A stretch of 51,696 nt of DNA from an uncultured Clostridia bacterium (GCA_944388545.1 CALXJE010000011.1:1-51696); one strand, 5' to 3'; shown: positions 38,467-50,143, counted from the stretch's first letter. The notes: generated from the sequence alone by a model not told the origin. Translations and numbers: made by a program.

Positions 38467-40491
38467 TTAGAATGTTACATTTTGAGTGTTTTTAAGTACA
38501 CCATCTATATAAATAGATAATGTTGCAGTTGTATAACCATTAACACTTACATCAACACTATTATATGGTGCTGATACTTTTCTCTCATATATCGTGTTTG
38601 AAACACCCTCAACCTTTGCAACTACCTTTAAAGTAACATCTTTTTCTTCACCTTCTGCAACATAACTTGCTACTGGAATTGTAACTACTTTTGATTTCTG
38701 GAGTCTATTTACAGTAAGTTCTATAAGTGTTCCTTCATCTACTTCCTCATTTTGCTTTTTACTTTGAGAAAGAACAATTCCATTTGATTTATTACTATCT
38801 TCAGAATATGTTACACTAACTTTAAGGTTTAAATCTTGAAGTGTTGATTTTGCTTCTGACTCTGTCATAGTTAAAACATTTGGTACTATGACTTTCTTTT
38901 TGCCATTTCCACTACTTACAATTATTTTTACGGTATCTCCTGCCTTTAACTTAGTTCCTGCCTCAACTTCTTGAGATATTATAATATTTTCAGCAACTTT
39001 CGAATCAACTTTAAATTCAAATTCTGGAACTAGCTCTAATGCTTCTAAATCATATTTTACTACTGTATAATCTTTACCTACAACATTTATCATCTCAACT
39101 TCTTTTGCGCCTTTACTTACTACTACGCTAATTCTATTTGATGGTAATGTTTTTCCTTTTTCAATAGATTGTGAAATAATTTGGCCATCCTCATATTCTG
39201 AGCTATATTCGTATTTTTCTAAAGCTATTACAAGTCCTTGCTCTTCATATTCATCTTTAACTTCTTCATACACTTTTCCTATTAAATCAGGTGCTTCAGT
39301 TATCGTTGTTTTCCCATCATCTTTTACTTTAAGTACTAAATTTACTATAAGTCCTATTATTATACCGATACAAACTATACCTATACCTATTAATGTAAAC
39401 ATTAATTTTTTATTTTTCTTTTTATTCTTAGGTTTATCAAAAATATCTTTGTTATCATCTTCTAATTTATCTTCTTTAGTATCAATTTCTTTAATATTTT
39501 CTTCATCAGCGTAATTTGCTCTTCTTGATAATTTCCTAGAAGGAACAGCCGTTTCTGTATTATTTTCTTTTCTTTCTTCAAAGTCTCGCATTCCAACAAT
39601 AGGAATTACTTGAGTTGCAGATGTTGATATATCAGAATTAGATTTTAAAAACTTTTGATCTGGGTTAAGTTTAGCACTTGTTAAATCATCTAATAACTCT
39701 GTTGCTGATTGATATCTATCTGTTGTATTTTTTGCCATTGCTTTTAAAATTATATTATTTAAAGAATTTGGTATCTCTGGATTTAATTCCTGTGGCATTT
39801 TAGGGTTTTCTTGTATTTGTTTAAGTGCGACAGATACTGGAGATTCAGCATTAAACGGAAGTTTTCCTGTTGCCATTTCATACATTACTATTCCTAGAGA
39901 ATATATATCTGATTTTTCATCAGTATATCCTCCCTTAGCATGTTCTGGTGAAAAATAATGTACTGATCCTATTGTGCTTGATCCTAATGTCGTTATGGTC
40001 GCTGTACTACTCATTTTAGCTATTCCAAAGTCTGTTACTTTAGCCTGCGTCATATTTCTTGTTAATACTATATTTTGTGGCTTTATATCTCTATGAACGA
40101 TTTTTGCTTTATGCGCAGCTTCAAGAGCAGATGCTATTTGTATAGATAAATTAATAGTTTCGTCTACAGATAATTTACCTTTTCTTTCTATATAGTCTTT
40201 TAGTGTATCTCCTTCTAAAAGTTCCATAACTATGTAGTTTACACCATTATCTTCACCTACATCATATACAGATACTATGTTAGGATGTGTAAGGCTTGCT
40301 GCCGATTGTGCTTCTATTTTAAATCTTTTTACGAATAACGTATCTTTAGAATATTCGTCTTTTAATACTTTTACTGCTACATATCTATTTAAGAGTCTAC
40401 ACTTAGCTCTATATACTGTAGCCATTCCTCCTTCACCTATTTTTTCTAATATTTCATACCTATTTCCTAATTCTTTACCTACTAAATCCAT
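38467..40491 (-). CDS. prkC: PASTA-domain Ser/Thr protein kinase
   Basis: GEGGMATVY, HRDIKPQN, DFGIA, TM helix, three PASTA-like repeats. Confidence 0.95.
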   Translation of the reverse strand: MDLVGKELGNRYEILEKIGEGGMATVYRAKCRLLNRYVAVKVLKDEYSKDTLFVKRFKIEAQSAASLTHPNIVSVYDVGEDNGVNYIVMELLEGDTLKDYIERKGKLSVDETINLSIQIASALEAAHKAKIVHRDIKPQNIVLTRNMTQAKVTDFGIAKMSSTATITTLGSSTIGSVHYFSPEHAKGGYTDEKSDIYSLGIVMYEMATGKLPFNAESPVSVALKQIQENPKMPQELNPEIPNSLNNIILKAMAKNTTDRYQSATELLDDLTSAKLNPDQKFLKSNSDISTSATQVIPIVGMRDFEERKENNTETAVPSRKLSRRANYADEENIKEIDTKEDKLEDDNKDIFDKPKNKKKNKKLMFTLIGIGIVCIGIIIGLIVNLVLKVKDDGKTTITEAPDLIGKVYEEVKDEYEEQGLVIALEKYEYSSEYEDGQIISQSIEKGKTLPSNRISVVVSKGAKEVEMINVVGKDYTVVKYDLEALELVPEFEFKVDSKVAENIIISQEVEAGTKLKAGDTVKIIVSSGNGKKKVIVPNVLTMTESEAKSTLQDLNLKVSVTYSEDSNKSNGIVLSQSKKQNEEVDEGTLIELTVNRLQKSKVVTIPVASYVAEGEEKDVTLKVVAKVEGVSNTIYERKVSAPYNSVDVSVNGYTTATLSIYIDGVLKNTQNVTF

Positions 40492-40514
40492 TAAAGTTCC
40501 ACTCCTTTTAATAA

Positions 40515-41231
40515 TTACTCACATTCAACATACATTACTGATATGTTATCTGCTCCGCCTCTTTTGTTTGCCATTAAAATTAAACTTTCACAAATTTTCT
40601 CTTTTTTACTATTATTAATAATCGTAAAAATTTCTTTATCATCAAGCATATTCGTAAGTCCATCTGTACATAATAAAAATTTATCCATTGGTCTTACTTC
40701 CTTTATAAACACAGAGCATTGCAGATTTTTATTTATTCCTATTGCATTAACTAGCATATGTTTCTGAGGATGATTTTTAGCCTCTTCTTTATTTATTATA
40801 TTATCTTTTAATAATGCATTAATATATGTATCATCTTCTGTTATCTGAAACATACCCTCTTTAATACTGTATATTCTACTATCACCAACACTTAAGAAAT
40901 ATGCCGTATTTTTATCAAGTAATAATAAAGATATTGTTGTACCCATTCCTCTATAGTCTCTATTACTATTACTTAAATCATATATTTCTTTGTTTGCATA
41001 TTGAACAGCTTCTTTAATGATATCTTGATTAATATTATTTAAATCTATATTATTTTCTAAGTATTCAAGTACTTTTTGTCCAGTAACTCTACTTGCAACG
41101 TCACCACTATTATTTCCACCAACTCCATCCAAAACGATATATAGATGAATATTATCACTAAAATCATGTTGAACTATATAATCTTCATTTCTTTTTCTTA
41201 CGTTACCTACATTTGTAAGTCCAAAATACAT
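40515..41231 (-). CDS. stp: PP2C-type Ser/Thr phosphatase
   Basis: RKRNED, DGVGG, VGDSR, CTDGL, GGADN. Confidence 0.93.
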   Translation of the reverse strand: MYFGLTNVGNVRKRNEDYIVQHDFSDNIHLYIVLDGVGGNNSGDVASRVTGQKVLEYLENNIDLNNINQDIIKEAVQYANKEIYDLSNSNRDYRGMGTTISLLLLDKNTAYFLSVGDSRIYSIKEGMFQITEDDTYINALLKDNIINKEEAKNHPQKHMLVNAIGINKNLQCSVFIKEVRPMDKFLLCTDGLTNMLDDKEIFTIINNSKKEKICESLILMANKRGGADNISVMYVECE

Positions 41232-41254
41232 ATATTGGCACCTCCTATATATTT

Positions 41255-42289
41255 TTACCTATCTATTTTATCTAGATATTTTTGCCTAAGTTGCCCACAT
41301 GCTGCATCTATATCCTTTCCTAGTTCTCTTCTAACTGTAGTAACAACTCCCATACTATTTAAAGTATTCATAAAACTCTCTATATTGCTCTCTAAACTTT
41401 TTTTATAATTACGTTCCTTTATTTCATTTACTGGAATTAAATTAACATGAGAAATCATTCCTCTTAATAATTTCCCAAGAGCAATAGCATCTTCTTTTGT
41501 ATCATTTATTCCGTTTATTAAAGCATATTCAAAGCTTATTCTTCTACCAGTTTTCATTATATAATATCTACAAGAATCTAGCAACTCTTTTATAGAATAT
41601 TTTTTTGCTATAGGCATTATCTCTTTTCTTTTTTCATCAGTTACAGCATGAAGTGAAATAGAAAGAGTTGCTTGTATGTTCTCATCTGCTAGTTTATAAA
41701 TATTAGGTACAATACCAGATGTTGATAAACTGATGTGTCTTGCGCCTATTCCAAGTCCATTAGGATTATTTATTTGTTTTATAGATTTTACGACATTATC
41801 GTAATTATCTAAAGGTTCTCCTATACCCATATATACTATATTAGATATTTTCTCATTCATATATTTTTGTACTATAATTACCTGTCCTTCTATTTCTGAA
41901 GCTAAAAGACTCCTTACAAACCTATCTTTAGTTGATGCGCAAAAAGAACATCCCATTTTGCACCCAACTTGACTAGATACACATAAAGTATTACCATGAT
42001 GATATTTCATAAATACCGTTTCTATTGCATTATTATCATGTAACTTTATTAAAAATTTATGAGTTCCATCTATTGATTTTTGTACTTCTATTATTTCTAA
42101 TTTATCTATATAGCAGTTTATTTTTAATTTTTCTCTTAAACTTTTAGAAATATCTGTCATTTCATCAAAAGACTCTACATTTACTCTATGTAACCATTTA
42201 TATATTTGTTTAGCATGAAATTTTTTTTCACCTAAACTTTCTATATATTCAGATAATTCTTGTTCTGTAAACTCATTTATATTTATCAT
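41255..42289 (-). CDS. rlmN: 23S rRNA m2A2503 methyltransferase
   Basis: SSQVGCKMGCSFCAS, MGIGEP, DIDAACGQL. Confidence 0.96.
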   Translation of the reverse strand: MININEFTEQELSEYIESLGEKKFHAKQIYKWLHRVNVESFDEMTDISKSLREKLKINCYIDKLEIIEVQKSIDGTHKFLIKLHDNNAIETVFMKYHHGNTLCVSSQVGCKMGCSFCASTKDRFVRSLLASEIEGQVIIVQKYMNEKISNIVYMGIGEPLDNYDNVVKSIKQINNPNGLGIGARHISLSTSGIVPNIYKLADENIQATLSISLHAVTDEKRKEIMPIAKKYSIKELLDSCRYYIMKTGRRISFEYALINGINDTKEDAIALGKLLRGMISHVNLIPVNEIKERNYKKSLESNIESFMNTLNSMGVVTTVRRELGKDIDAACGQLRQKYLDKIDR

Positions 42290-42406
42290 TGTATCTCCTG
42301 CCTTTATTCTAATATATTATACTATTTACTGGCTATTTTGGCAAGTAAAAGAAGCACTACAAATTAATTGTAATGCTTCTAATATTATTTTATTTAAAAC
42401 CAATAC

Positions 42407-43399
42407 TTATTTAAATATTTCTCCATATTCAATTTTTCTTCCTCTTAAATATTCTCCAACAAGCATTCTTTTTGAGTTTTTTGGTTTAATATCATATAAA
42501 TTAACATATCCGTCTTTACATCTTATAGCAAGAATATTTTTCTTATCATTCATATATACTATCTGTCCTACATCATGATAATTAGTTATATCAACATTAT
42601 CTAATTTTTCTAGTTCCTCTTCGGTTACATATTCTGCGCCATATACTTTATATATTCTATCTTCATCAAGACTACACCAAGCAGTAGGTACAGGACTTAA
42701 TCCTCTTACTAGATCAACAATTTGTTTACCATTTTTTCTAAAATCTATTTTCATAGTATCTTTGTTTATCATTGGAGCTATAGTATATTCTCCTTCTTGC
42801 TTTTCTCTTGGAAGATTTCCATTTAACTCAACTAATTTCACTAAAGTTTTATTAAGTATAACTGAACCTAGTATTGCCATTTTATCATGAAGAGTTTCAT
42901 AATTATCATCATTTTCTATAGGAAGTTCCACTTTATATATCATATCTCCTGTATCCATTCCTTCGTCCATATACATAGTAGTAATACCCGTTTCAGTATC
43001 TCCGTTAATTATCGACCATTGTATAGGTGCCGCTCCTCTATATTTTGGAAGAAGAGATCCATGTACATTAATACACCCATATTTTGGCAAATTTAATATA
43101 CTAGCTGGTAATATCTTACCGTATGCAACTACTATTATTAAATTAGGATTTAAATCATTTAATATAGTTATTACTTCATTATTATTTTTTATTTTCTCAG
43201 GTTGATACACTGGTATATTATTTTCTTCAGCTAAAACTTTAACAGGCGGTTTAGTAAGTTTCATTCCTCTTCCTGCTGGTCTATCAGGCTGACAAAAAAC
43301 CCCAACCACGTTATATTTATTTTCAATTAATTCTTCTAAAGATTTCTTAGCAAATTCTGGTGTACCCATAAATACTATTCTTAAATCTTCTTTTTTCAT
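42407..43399 (-). CDS. fmt: Methionyl-tRNA formyltransferase
   Basis: FMGTPEFA, INVHGSLLPKYRGAAPI, GMDTG. Confidence 0.97.
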   Translation of the reverse strand: MKKEDLRIVFMGTPEFAKKSLEELIENKYNVVGVFCQPDRPAGRGMKLTKPPVKVLAEENNIPVYQPEKIKNNNEVITILNDLNPNLIIVVAYGKILPASILNLPKYGCINVHGSLLPKYRGAAPIQWSIINGDTETGITTMYMDEGMDTGDMIYKVELPIENDDNYETLHDKMAILGSVILNKTLVKLVELNGNLPREKQEGEYTIAPMINKDTMKIDFRKNGKQIVDLVRGLSPVPTAWCSLDEDRIYKVYGAEYVTEEELEKLDNVDITNYHDVGQIVYMNDKKNILAIRCKDGYVNLYDIKPKNSKRMLVGEYLRGRKIEYGEIFK

Positions 43400-43416
43400 A
43401 TTCTTCCTCCAAATTA

Positions 43417-43962
43417 TTATTTCGTTTTTCTTTTATTTGTTTTTTTCTTCCTACTATTCTTTGATACTTCTTTTTTACTTTCTTCTTTTGCAGCTGCTAT
43501 CTCTTCAGGTGTTGCAGTATAAAGATTATATGCTTTATCTAAAAATAATACTCCATCTAGATGGTCTGTTTCATGACATATTACAATAGCTTCTAATTCT
43601 TTTGCTTTAACAGATATCTCTTTTCCGTCAATATCAAAAGCTTTTACATGTACTACTGCAGGTCTATCTACAATACCAAAAACATTAGGAGAACTTAGAC
43701 ATCCTTCTTCTTCTGACTGCTTTCCAGAACATTTAGTAATTACAGGATTTATCATGACTTTAGGTCCATCTCCTATATCATAGACTATTATTCTTTTCAA
43801 CATTCCCACTTGTGGAGCAGCAAGTCCCACACCGTCGTTTTTGTACATAGTATCTAGCATATCAAGTACTAATTCTCTTATTTTATTATCAATGCTTTTT
43901 ACTTCTCTAGATTTTTTTCTAAGTATTTCATCAGTATCTTTTCGTATATTTCTAATTGCCAT
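43417..43962 (-). CDS. def: Peptide deformylase
   Basis: [21 protein letters not shown]. Confidence 0.97.
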   Translation of the reverse strand: MAIRNIRKDTDEILRKKSREVKSIDNKIRELVLDMLDTMYKNDGVGLAAPQVGMLKRIIVYDIGDGPKVMINPVITKCSGKQSEEEGCLSSPNVFGIVDRPAVVHVKAFDIDGKEISVKAKELEAIVICHETDHLDGVLFLDKAYNLYTATPEEIAAAKEESKKEVSKNSRKKKTNKRKTK

Positions 43963-43976
43963 AAAATTAACTCCTC

Positions 43977-46217
43977 CTATCCAATATATGTTGGATTTTT
44001 TGTTATATTTATTGTTACTTTCTTCCTCTTTATTTTATCATATTTTTCCAGATTTTCATATATTAATTGCAATATTTTATTTGAAATATTAAGTTTTAAA
44101 ATAATATGTACTCTATATTTATTGTTAATCTTCTGGATAAATGGTGATTTTGGAGAATATATAGTATATGAATTATTATTGTTATCATTAAATATATTAT
44201 ATAATCTAGTACTTTCCTCTATAACATCAGTTTTAAAAGGACCTGCTATTTCTATTAAAACAATATCACAAAATGGAGGATATTTAAACATCTTTCTATA
44301 TTCTATTTCTTTATTATAGAAATCTATATAACTGTTATTTTTAACACATTCTAAAACGTATGATTCTGTATCATATGCTTGCAAAATTACTCTTCCTTTT
44401 TTACTACCTCTTCCAGCTCGTCCGGATACTTGAAGTAAATTTTGAAAAGCTCTTTGAGAAGCTAAAAAATCATTACCAGCAAAAGTAGAGTCTGCATTTA
44501 ATACTCCAACTAAGGTTACATTTTCTATATCATGTCCTTTACTTATCATTTGAGTTCCTACTAGTATATCTGCTTTTCCTTCTTTAAAATCATCAATAAG
44601 TTTTTCATGCATACCTTTTTTTATTGTAGTATCCATATCCATTCTTAAAACTTTAGCCTCAGGAAAAATTTCCTTTACTTGTTCTTCTATATTTTGCGTC
44701 CCTACACTACCTAGTTTTAAATTATGCCCTAAACATTTTGGGCACTCACTTTTATTATTTTCTACAAACGAACAATAGTGACATAACAAAAGATTAGATT
44801 TTTTATGATAGGTTAAACTAACATCACAATTTCTACACTTTAATATATGTCCACAATCTAAACAAGTAACGTATGATGCAAATCCTCTTCTATTTAAAAA
44901 CAAAAATGTCTGCTCTTTATTAGTTAAATTCTTTTGTATTTCTTCTTTTAATCTATTACTAAATATTTTATTACCTAATAATGTTTCTTCTTTCATATCT
45001 ACTATTTCAACTTCTGGATTTTCAATGGAACCTGGTCTTTTTGTTAGTTTATAAAAATCTATTTGCCTTATAGATGCTCTATACATTGTTCCAACATCAG
45101 GTGTTGCAGAACCAAGTATTAGACATGCGTTATATTCTCTGGCCATATATTCTGCTACTTCACGTGTAATGTATTTAGGTGTTGTAAACGAAGAATAACT
45201 TGAATCATGTTCTTCGTCTATTATTATAAGGCCAATATCAGAAAAAGGAACAAAAAGTGCAGATCGTGGTCCTATTACTATTTTAGCTTTATTTTCTTTT
45301 ATTCTTTTCCATTCTTTTTTTCTTTCAGATATTGTCATTTTACTATGAATAACAGATACTATATCACCAAATCTTGCTTTAAATCTTTGTTTTGTTTGAT
45401 GAGTTAACGCTATTTCTGGAACTAACACTATAGCATTTTTATTAAGACTTAAACATTTATCTATAACTTGAAGATATACTTCTGTCTTGCCACTACCTGT
45501 AACCCCATAAAGTAGTGACTCGTTATATTCATTTTTTTCTAGTTTAATATTTATGTTATCTATAACAAACTGTTGTTCTTTTGTTGCCTTAAGTTTATCA
45601 TCTTTTTTTATATGGTCATTTTCTTTAACAGGTTTTGGCAAGTCATATACTTCTACATATCCATTTTTTTCAGCAGTTTTTATTACTGCTCTAGATATTC
45701 CAAGTCCATTTATTATATCTGATAATGAAGTAAAATCATAATCCATTAGAAATCTTAATAATTTTATCTGTTTGGCGCTTTTAATTTTTTCAAATTCTAT
45801 ATCGTCCAATATTTCTTCATGAGATTTTATAAGTCTTACCATCTTTATCATTTTACCATCTAAATCTTTACTCTTATCTATTCCATTTGTACCTGGTGGC
45901 AACATAAGTTTAAATGCATCATATACATTACAAAAATACATTTTTGCTATCCATTTAGCTAGTCTCAATCTTTTTATATCTAAATAGCTTTCTGTATCTA
46001 AAATCTCATCTATATATTTTAATTTTTTATTATCTAATTCATTCTTATCTTCAAGCTTTACTACAACACCTTCTATTTGTCTTCCTTTTCCGTTACCAAA
46101 ATTTACATTAACCCTCATTCCTACTTGCACTTTTTCTTTCATTTCATCTGGAACAAGATAATCATATACTCTATTTAACTTTTTTATTGTACTATCCACT
46201 AAAACTTTAGCTACCAT
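43977..46217 (-). CDS. priA: Primosomal protein N'
   Basis: [15 protein letters not shown], four CxxC pairs, QVSGRAGR. Confidence 0.97.
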   Translation of the reverse strand: MVAKVLVDSTIKKLNRVYDYLVPDEMKEKVQVGMRVNVNFGNGKGRQIEGVVVKLEDKNELDNKKLKYIDEILDTESYLDIKRLRLAKWIAKMYFCNVYDAFKLMLPPGTNGIDKSKDLDGKMIKMVRLIKSHEEILDDIEFEKIKSAKQIKLLRFLMDYDFTSLSDIINGLGISRAVIKTAEKNGYVEVYDLPKPVKENDHIKKDDKLKATKEQQFVIDNINIKLEKNEYNESLLYGVTGSGKTEVYLQVIDKCLSLNKNAIVLVPEIALTHQTKQRFKARFGDIVSVIHSKMTISERKKEWKRIKENKAKIVIGPRSALFVPFSDIGLIIIDEEHDSSYSSFTTPKYITREVAEYMAREYNACLILGSATPDVGTMYRASIRQIDFYKLTKRPGSIENPEVEIVDMKEETLLGNKIFSNRLKEEIQKNLTNKEQTFLFLNRRGFASYVTCLDCGHILKCRNCDVSLTYHKKSNLLLCHYCSFVENNKSECPKCLGHNLKLGSVGTQNIEEQVKEIFPEAKVLRMDMDTTIKKGMHEKLIDDFKEGKADILVGTQMISKGHDIENVTLVGVLNADSTFAGNDFLASQRAFQNLLQVSGRAGRGSKKGRVILQAYDTESYVLECVKNNSYIDFYNKEIEYRKMFKYPPFCDIVLIEIAGPFKTDVIEESTRLYNIFNDNNNNSYTIYSPKSPFIQKINNKYRVHIILKLNISNKILQLIYENLEKYDKIKRKKVTINITKNPTYIG

Positions 46218-46268
46218 TTTTATTTTCCACCCTTATATATAAATTAGGAATTAGCAAAAAGCTAACTC

Positions 46269-46832
46269 CTAATTTTTTAACCAATCATTATATTGTTCTA
46301 TTATCATATTTGATATGTCATCTGAAGACAGGTTTGTTGAATCTATAACTAAATCATAATTACTATAATCTAGTATATCAATTCCATACTCTTTCTTATA
46401 CCTATCTCTTTCATAACGTTGTCTTTTTATAATAGCATTTTTTGCTTCATCTATTGAATCATATTTATCCTCAACATTTCTGTTTTTAGAATCCTTAGCA
46501 AGTCTTAATGCTGCAACATTTAAATTCACTGTTATAAATACTTTAAAAGCATCCTTCTCAAAAAACCAAGCAAGTCTAGAATCAACTACTAAATTATCAT
46601 TATTATTAAGATAATCAGCCATTGTTTTATCTATTGCTCTGTCTATTTCTGGATTACATTCTATATATTCATTAAATGTTGCAAGATCCATGTTGTAATC
46701 TCTAGAAAGTTTTCTAAAATTTTTACTTGCAAAATAAGTGCCCATACCAAGTCTATTTGCTATTTTTCTAACTACTTTAGATTTTCCACTAGCAATATTT
46801 CCGGTAATTGCAATTATTTTCCTTTTTTTCAT
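46269..46832 (-). CDS. cmk: Cytidylate kinase-like nucleotide kinase (short, archaeal-like type)
   Basis: GNIASGKS P-loop, DSRLAW, RYKKEYGIDI..YDLVIDST. Confidence 0.75.
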   Translation of the reverse strand: MKKRKIIAITGNIASGKSKVVRKIANRLGMGTYFASKNFRKLSRDYNMDLATFNEYIECNPEIDRAIDKTMADYLNNNDNLVVDSRLAWFFEKDAFKVFITVNLNVAALRLAKDSKNRNVEDKYDSIDEAKNAIIKRQRYERDRYKKEYGIDILDYSNYDLVIDSTNLSSDDISNMIIEQYNDWLKN

Positions 46833-46835
46833 ATG

Positions 46836-47030
46836 TTACTCCTTAACAATTGAAATTTTTCCTTCTTGCAATTCAACAGCCGCTTTATCAACAGCATCTC
46901 TAATGTCAGGATCTCCTTCTTCTAATCTACTTTTAGAAATTTGTCTTGCCCTTTTTGCAACTGCAAGAGCTACTGCATATCTACTATCTGCTTTGTCTAT
47001 TAATTCACTTACATTTGGTTTTGATAACAT
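46836..47030 (-). CDS. rpoZ: RNA polymerase omega subunit
   Basis: SRYAVALAVAKRARQI..A..E..EGKI. Confidence 0.93.
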   Translation of the reverse strand: MLSKPNVSELIDKADSRYAVALAVAKRARQISKSRLEEGDPDIRDAVDKAAVELQEGKISIVKE

Positions 47031-47113
47031 AAAATCCTCCTAAAATATCAATTATAGTATATATATTATCATAACATAATTACTTATGCAAGAAGTAAAT
47101 TAACAATTTATTT

Positions 47114-47620
47114 TTATCTTTGTCTAAGTTCTGATAAATATCTTAATGGTCCTCCTAAAAAAGCTACATTCCCCCTTATAGGTCTACCACATGCAAGACC
47201 ACTTATAGTCTGATTTACAACTGCTTGAAATATAGATGCTGCTCTATCCTCTTTTGCAGCGCCTTCATTAATTAATGGTTGTATGTCAGTTTTTGCAAAC
47301 ACTCCACAACGTGAAGCTATTGGATATATCTCTTTATATCCTTTGGCCAGTTCATTAAGTCCTGATGTATCTGTATTTAATAAAGAAGCCATTTGATCTA
47401 GAAAAGCACCTGTTCTTCCTGCACATGTTCCGTTCATTCTCTGTTCAATAGATTTATCAAAATATATTATTTTAGCATCTTCTCCACCAAGTTCAATAAC
47501 TACATCAGTATTAGGTATATATTTTTCAACTGACCTTTTACACGCAATAACTTCTTGTATAAAAGGTAAGTCTAAAAATGTAGATATGGAAAGTGCCCCT
47601 GATCCTGTAAGTGCTAAGTC
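47114..47620 (-). pseudogene. Internal fragment of an acyl-CoA dehydratase activase (BadF/BadG/BcrA/BcrD ATPase)
   Basis: Open frame LALTGSG..QEVIA..IELGGEDAK..RMNGTCAGRTGAFLDQMA..IASRCGVFAKTD; lacks both ends; CAGGTG changed to CAGRTG. Confidence 0.8.
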
Positions 47621-47754
47621 ATATTATAACTTTTATACATATCTGCTAATTTATATAAGCAGTTACATACTGTTTTTTTTGTATCTGAAAAATGTCTATC
47701 ATAAGATGAGTAAATTATTTCTAATTTTACTGATACATATTTATATTAAATATT

Positions 47755-48645
47755 TTAAATTTCCCACTTTGTTGTTATTCCACAAGGTAAAAACATATCA
47801 TTGTCTTTCATCTTAATTCCAATTTCATCTGATACTACTGTTGATTTTTTTAACAAATCCGGTCTTTTTTCCTTTAATATCATTGTTAAAATATTACTTA
47901 TAATTGTTCCAGACAGTCCACCTGTATATGTATTTATATAAAAAAGTATCGGATTTTTTGAAAGCAAGTTAGAAGAAAGTTCTACTAAATTGTATAAATC
48001 TTTATCAATACTCCAAATCTCGCCATTTGCACCTCTTCCATAGCTAGGAGGATCCATTATAATTATATCGTACTTATTACCACGTCTTATTTCTCTTTTT
48101 ACAAATTTCACTACATCATCTACTATAAATCTAACAGGTCTATCTTGCAAACCTGATGCTAATAGATTTTCTTTTGCCCATAAAACCATACCCTTTGATG
48201 AATCTACATGACAACAACTTGCTCCTGCATAAGCACAAGCGACTGTAGCTCCTCCTGTATAAGCAAAAAGATTTAGTACTTTTATATCATCTTTTCTTTT
48301 TAATTTTTCCATCTTAATTTTATCGATCATATTATCCCAGTTTACTGCATGTTCTGGAAATAAACCTGTATGTTTAAAGCCCATTGGTTTAATATTAAAT
48401 ACTAGTTCTTTATACTTTATCTGCCAGTCTTTATCAAGCCCTTTAAGCATTTCCCAGTGTCCACCACCAGTATTGCTTCTTATATATCTAGCATTTGCAT
48501 TTTTCCATAATTCAGGTCTTGATTTTTTATTCCATATTACTTGGGGATCTGGCCTTATAAGGATAAAATCTCCCCATTTTTCAAGTTTTTCTCCTCCTGC
48601 CATATCAAGAAGTTCGTAATCTTTGAAATCTTTACTATATTGCAT
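47755..48645 (-). CDS. Class I SAM-dependent methyltransferase (RlmI/YwbD-like)
   Basis: HTGLFPE, LNLFAYTGG, MDPPSYGRG. Confidence 0.88.
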   Translation of the reverse strand: MQYSKDFKDYELLDMAGGEKLEKWGDFILIRPDPQVIWNKKSRPELWKNANARYIRSNTGGGHWEMLKGLDKDWQIKYKELVFNIKPMGFKHTGLFPEHAVNWDNMIDKIKMEKLKRKDDIKVLNLFAYTGGATVACAYAGASCCHVDSSKGMVLWAKENLLASGLQDRPVRFIVDDVVKFVKREIRRGNKYDIIIMDPPSYGRGANGEIWSIDKDLYNLVELSSNLLSKNPILFYINTYTGGLSGTIISNILTMILKEKRPDLLKKSTVVSDEIGIKMKDNDMFLPCGITTKWEI

Positions 48646-48687
48646 AAATAATTCTCCTTTTTCATAAAATCGATATAGGTGTAATAT

Positions 48688-49851
48688 ATGAAAATAGTTT
48701 CTTTATATATAGATAAAAAAAATAAGATAACTCAAAATATTTCTTTAATTTTTATACTATCTATTTTAACATACTTTCTAATATTTTCAAAGTTAAATTT
48801 TAAAATAATGTCGAATGTTGTAAATATATTTTTAGAAATAATAGTACCATCTCTATTTCCTTTTATACTCTTTAGCAACATACTTATATCTTCTGGATAT
48901 TTTAATTTAATTATATCGTCTAAAACAACTAAAATTATACAGTGCTTTTTCAAAGTGTCTGATTATGGAGCTGCAGCTATATTATTTGGATTTTTATTTG
49001 GTTATCCAAATGGCGCTAGATTTGTAAACGAATTATATAAAGAAAAAAAAATTAGTTATAAAGAGGGGGAATATCTTTTACTATTTATAAATAACGGTAG
49101 TCCTGCTTTTATATTGTCAAGTGTTGGTGTCGGAATGTTTTCTAATATAAAAATAGGATTTATGCTTTTACTATCACATATTATATCCTCTATTATAATA
49201 GGGAAAATATATAGTTATAAATATAACTGTAGAAACGACTATAGCCTATGTAATTCAAATAGTCCACTTTATAATCTTAATTTTGATATAATTACTAATT
49301 CTATTTTTAAAACATTAACTACTCTTGGCATAATTTTGGGATTTATGGTTATATTTATCATATCTAATAATTATATTTTAAAAATTGCATCAGAAATTAT
49401 ATATATACCTAGTATGTATAAAGCTATGCTTCTTTGTATAATGGAAATTACCAGTGGTTTAAATTATTTAGCACAACTTACAATTGATTTAAAATTACTA
49501 CTTACATTTATATCCTTCTTTTTAGGCTTTTGTTCTCTTTCCATTATATTTCAAATTTTTTCTTGCGTATATAACAGTAAGTTTAAATTAAAAAAAATAA
49601 TTAAAGGAAAATTATTACATGGTATATTATCAGGAATAATTACATATGTTTTAATAAACATACCTCAAATATATGAATGTGTAAATATAACTAAAAGGGT
49701 AAACCTTAATCTATTTAATTATGAAAATAATAATTTATTTAAAAGTAATTTATTTATCGTTACTGCTATATTTTTAATACATGTTCTAATTTTTTATTTA
49801 ATTATAAAAAAGAAACGATTTAAAAATAATCGTCTCTTTAAAGGGGGATAA
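48688..49851 (+). CDS. ylbJ: Sporulation integral membrane protein YlbJ-like
   Basis: IVPSLFPF, GYPNGA, N.SPAFI, EITSG motifs; multiple TM helices. Confidence 0.8.
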   Translation: MKIVSLYIDKKNKITQNISLIFILSILTYFLIFSKLNFKIMSNVVNIFLEIIVPSLFPFILFSNILISSGYFNLIISSKTTKIIQCFFKVSDYGAAAILFGFLFGYPNGARFVNELYKEKKISYKEGEYLLLFINNGSPAFILSSVGVGMFSNIKIGFMLLLSHIISSIIIGKIYSYKYNCRNDYSLCNSNSPLYNLNFDIITNSIFKTLTTLGIILGFMVIFIISNNYILKIASEIIYIPSMYKAMLLCIMEITSGLNYLAQLTIDLKLLLTFISFFLGFCSLSIIFQIFSCVYNSKFKLKKIIKGKLLHGILSGIITYVLINIPQIYECVNITKRVNLNLFNYENNNLFKSNLFIVTAIFLIHVLIFYLIIKKKRFKNNRLFKGG

Positions 49852-49904
49852 TGTTTTAATATGAGGTTATGTATATATTATGTTTTAAATTAATTTAATT
49901 ATAC
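49806..49904 (-). ncRNA. Candidate SigG-dependent small RNA (coordinates include promoter)
   Basis: GTATA-17-CATAATATA promoter, short transcript with ACCTC and CCCCCTTT motifs, terminator stem 49809-49839. Confidence 0.4.
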
Positions 49905-49921
49905 ATTTAGGAGGTGTTTTT

Positions 49922-50143
49922 TTGGAAAATAAACAATTTTTTGATCCATATAATTTTAATAATGTAAATATGCAAACTACTACTCAACCTGCTATAACTA
50001 GTGAAGATGCTACATTTTCACCTATGATGCAAATAAGTCCTACTATGTTTTATGAACAACAATATTGGTATTATAATTATTTGACAAAAATGTTAGAATA
50101 TAAAATAAAATTAAAAGAATATGAAAATTTAAGCAAAAAATAG
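49922..50143 (+). CDS. Small hypothetical protein (Tyr/Gln/Met-rich, possibly spore-associated)
   Basis: RBS AGGAGGTG with TTG start; downstream stem-loop at about 50175-50222. Confidence 0.65.
   Translation: MENKQFFDPYNFNNVNMQTTTQPAITSEDATFSPMMQISPTMFYEQQYWYYNYLTKMLEYKIKLKEYENLSKK

Noticed and set aside
47114-47620. Activase fragment as another recoded gene
   Set aside because: Truncated at both ends with substitutions in conserved motifs and no CGG at the breaks; ordinary pseudogene
1112-48953. Numerous short antisense or nested ORFs in the track (e.g. 4179-4484, 16273-16608, 27440-27934, 32073-32453, 40277-40618)
   Set aside because: Shadow frames of well-supported genes, with no RBS or family motifs
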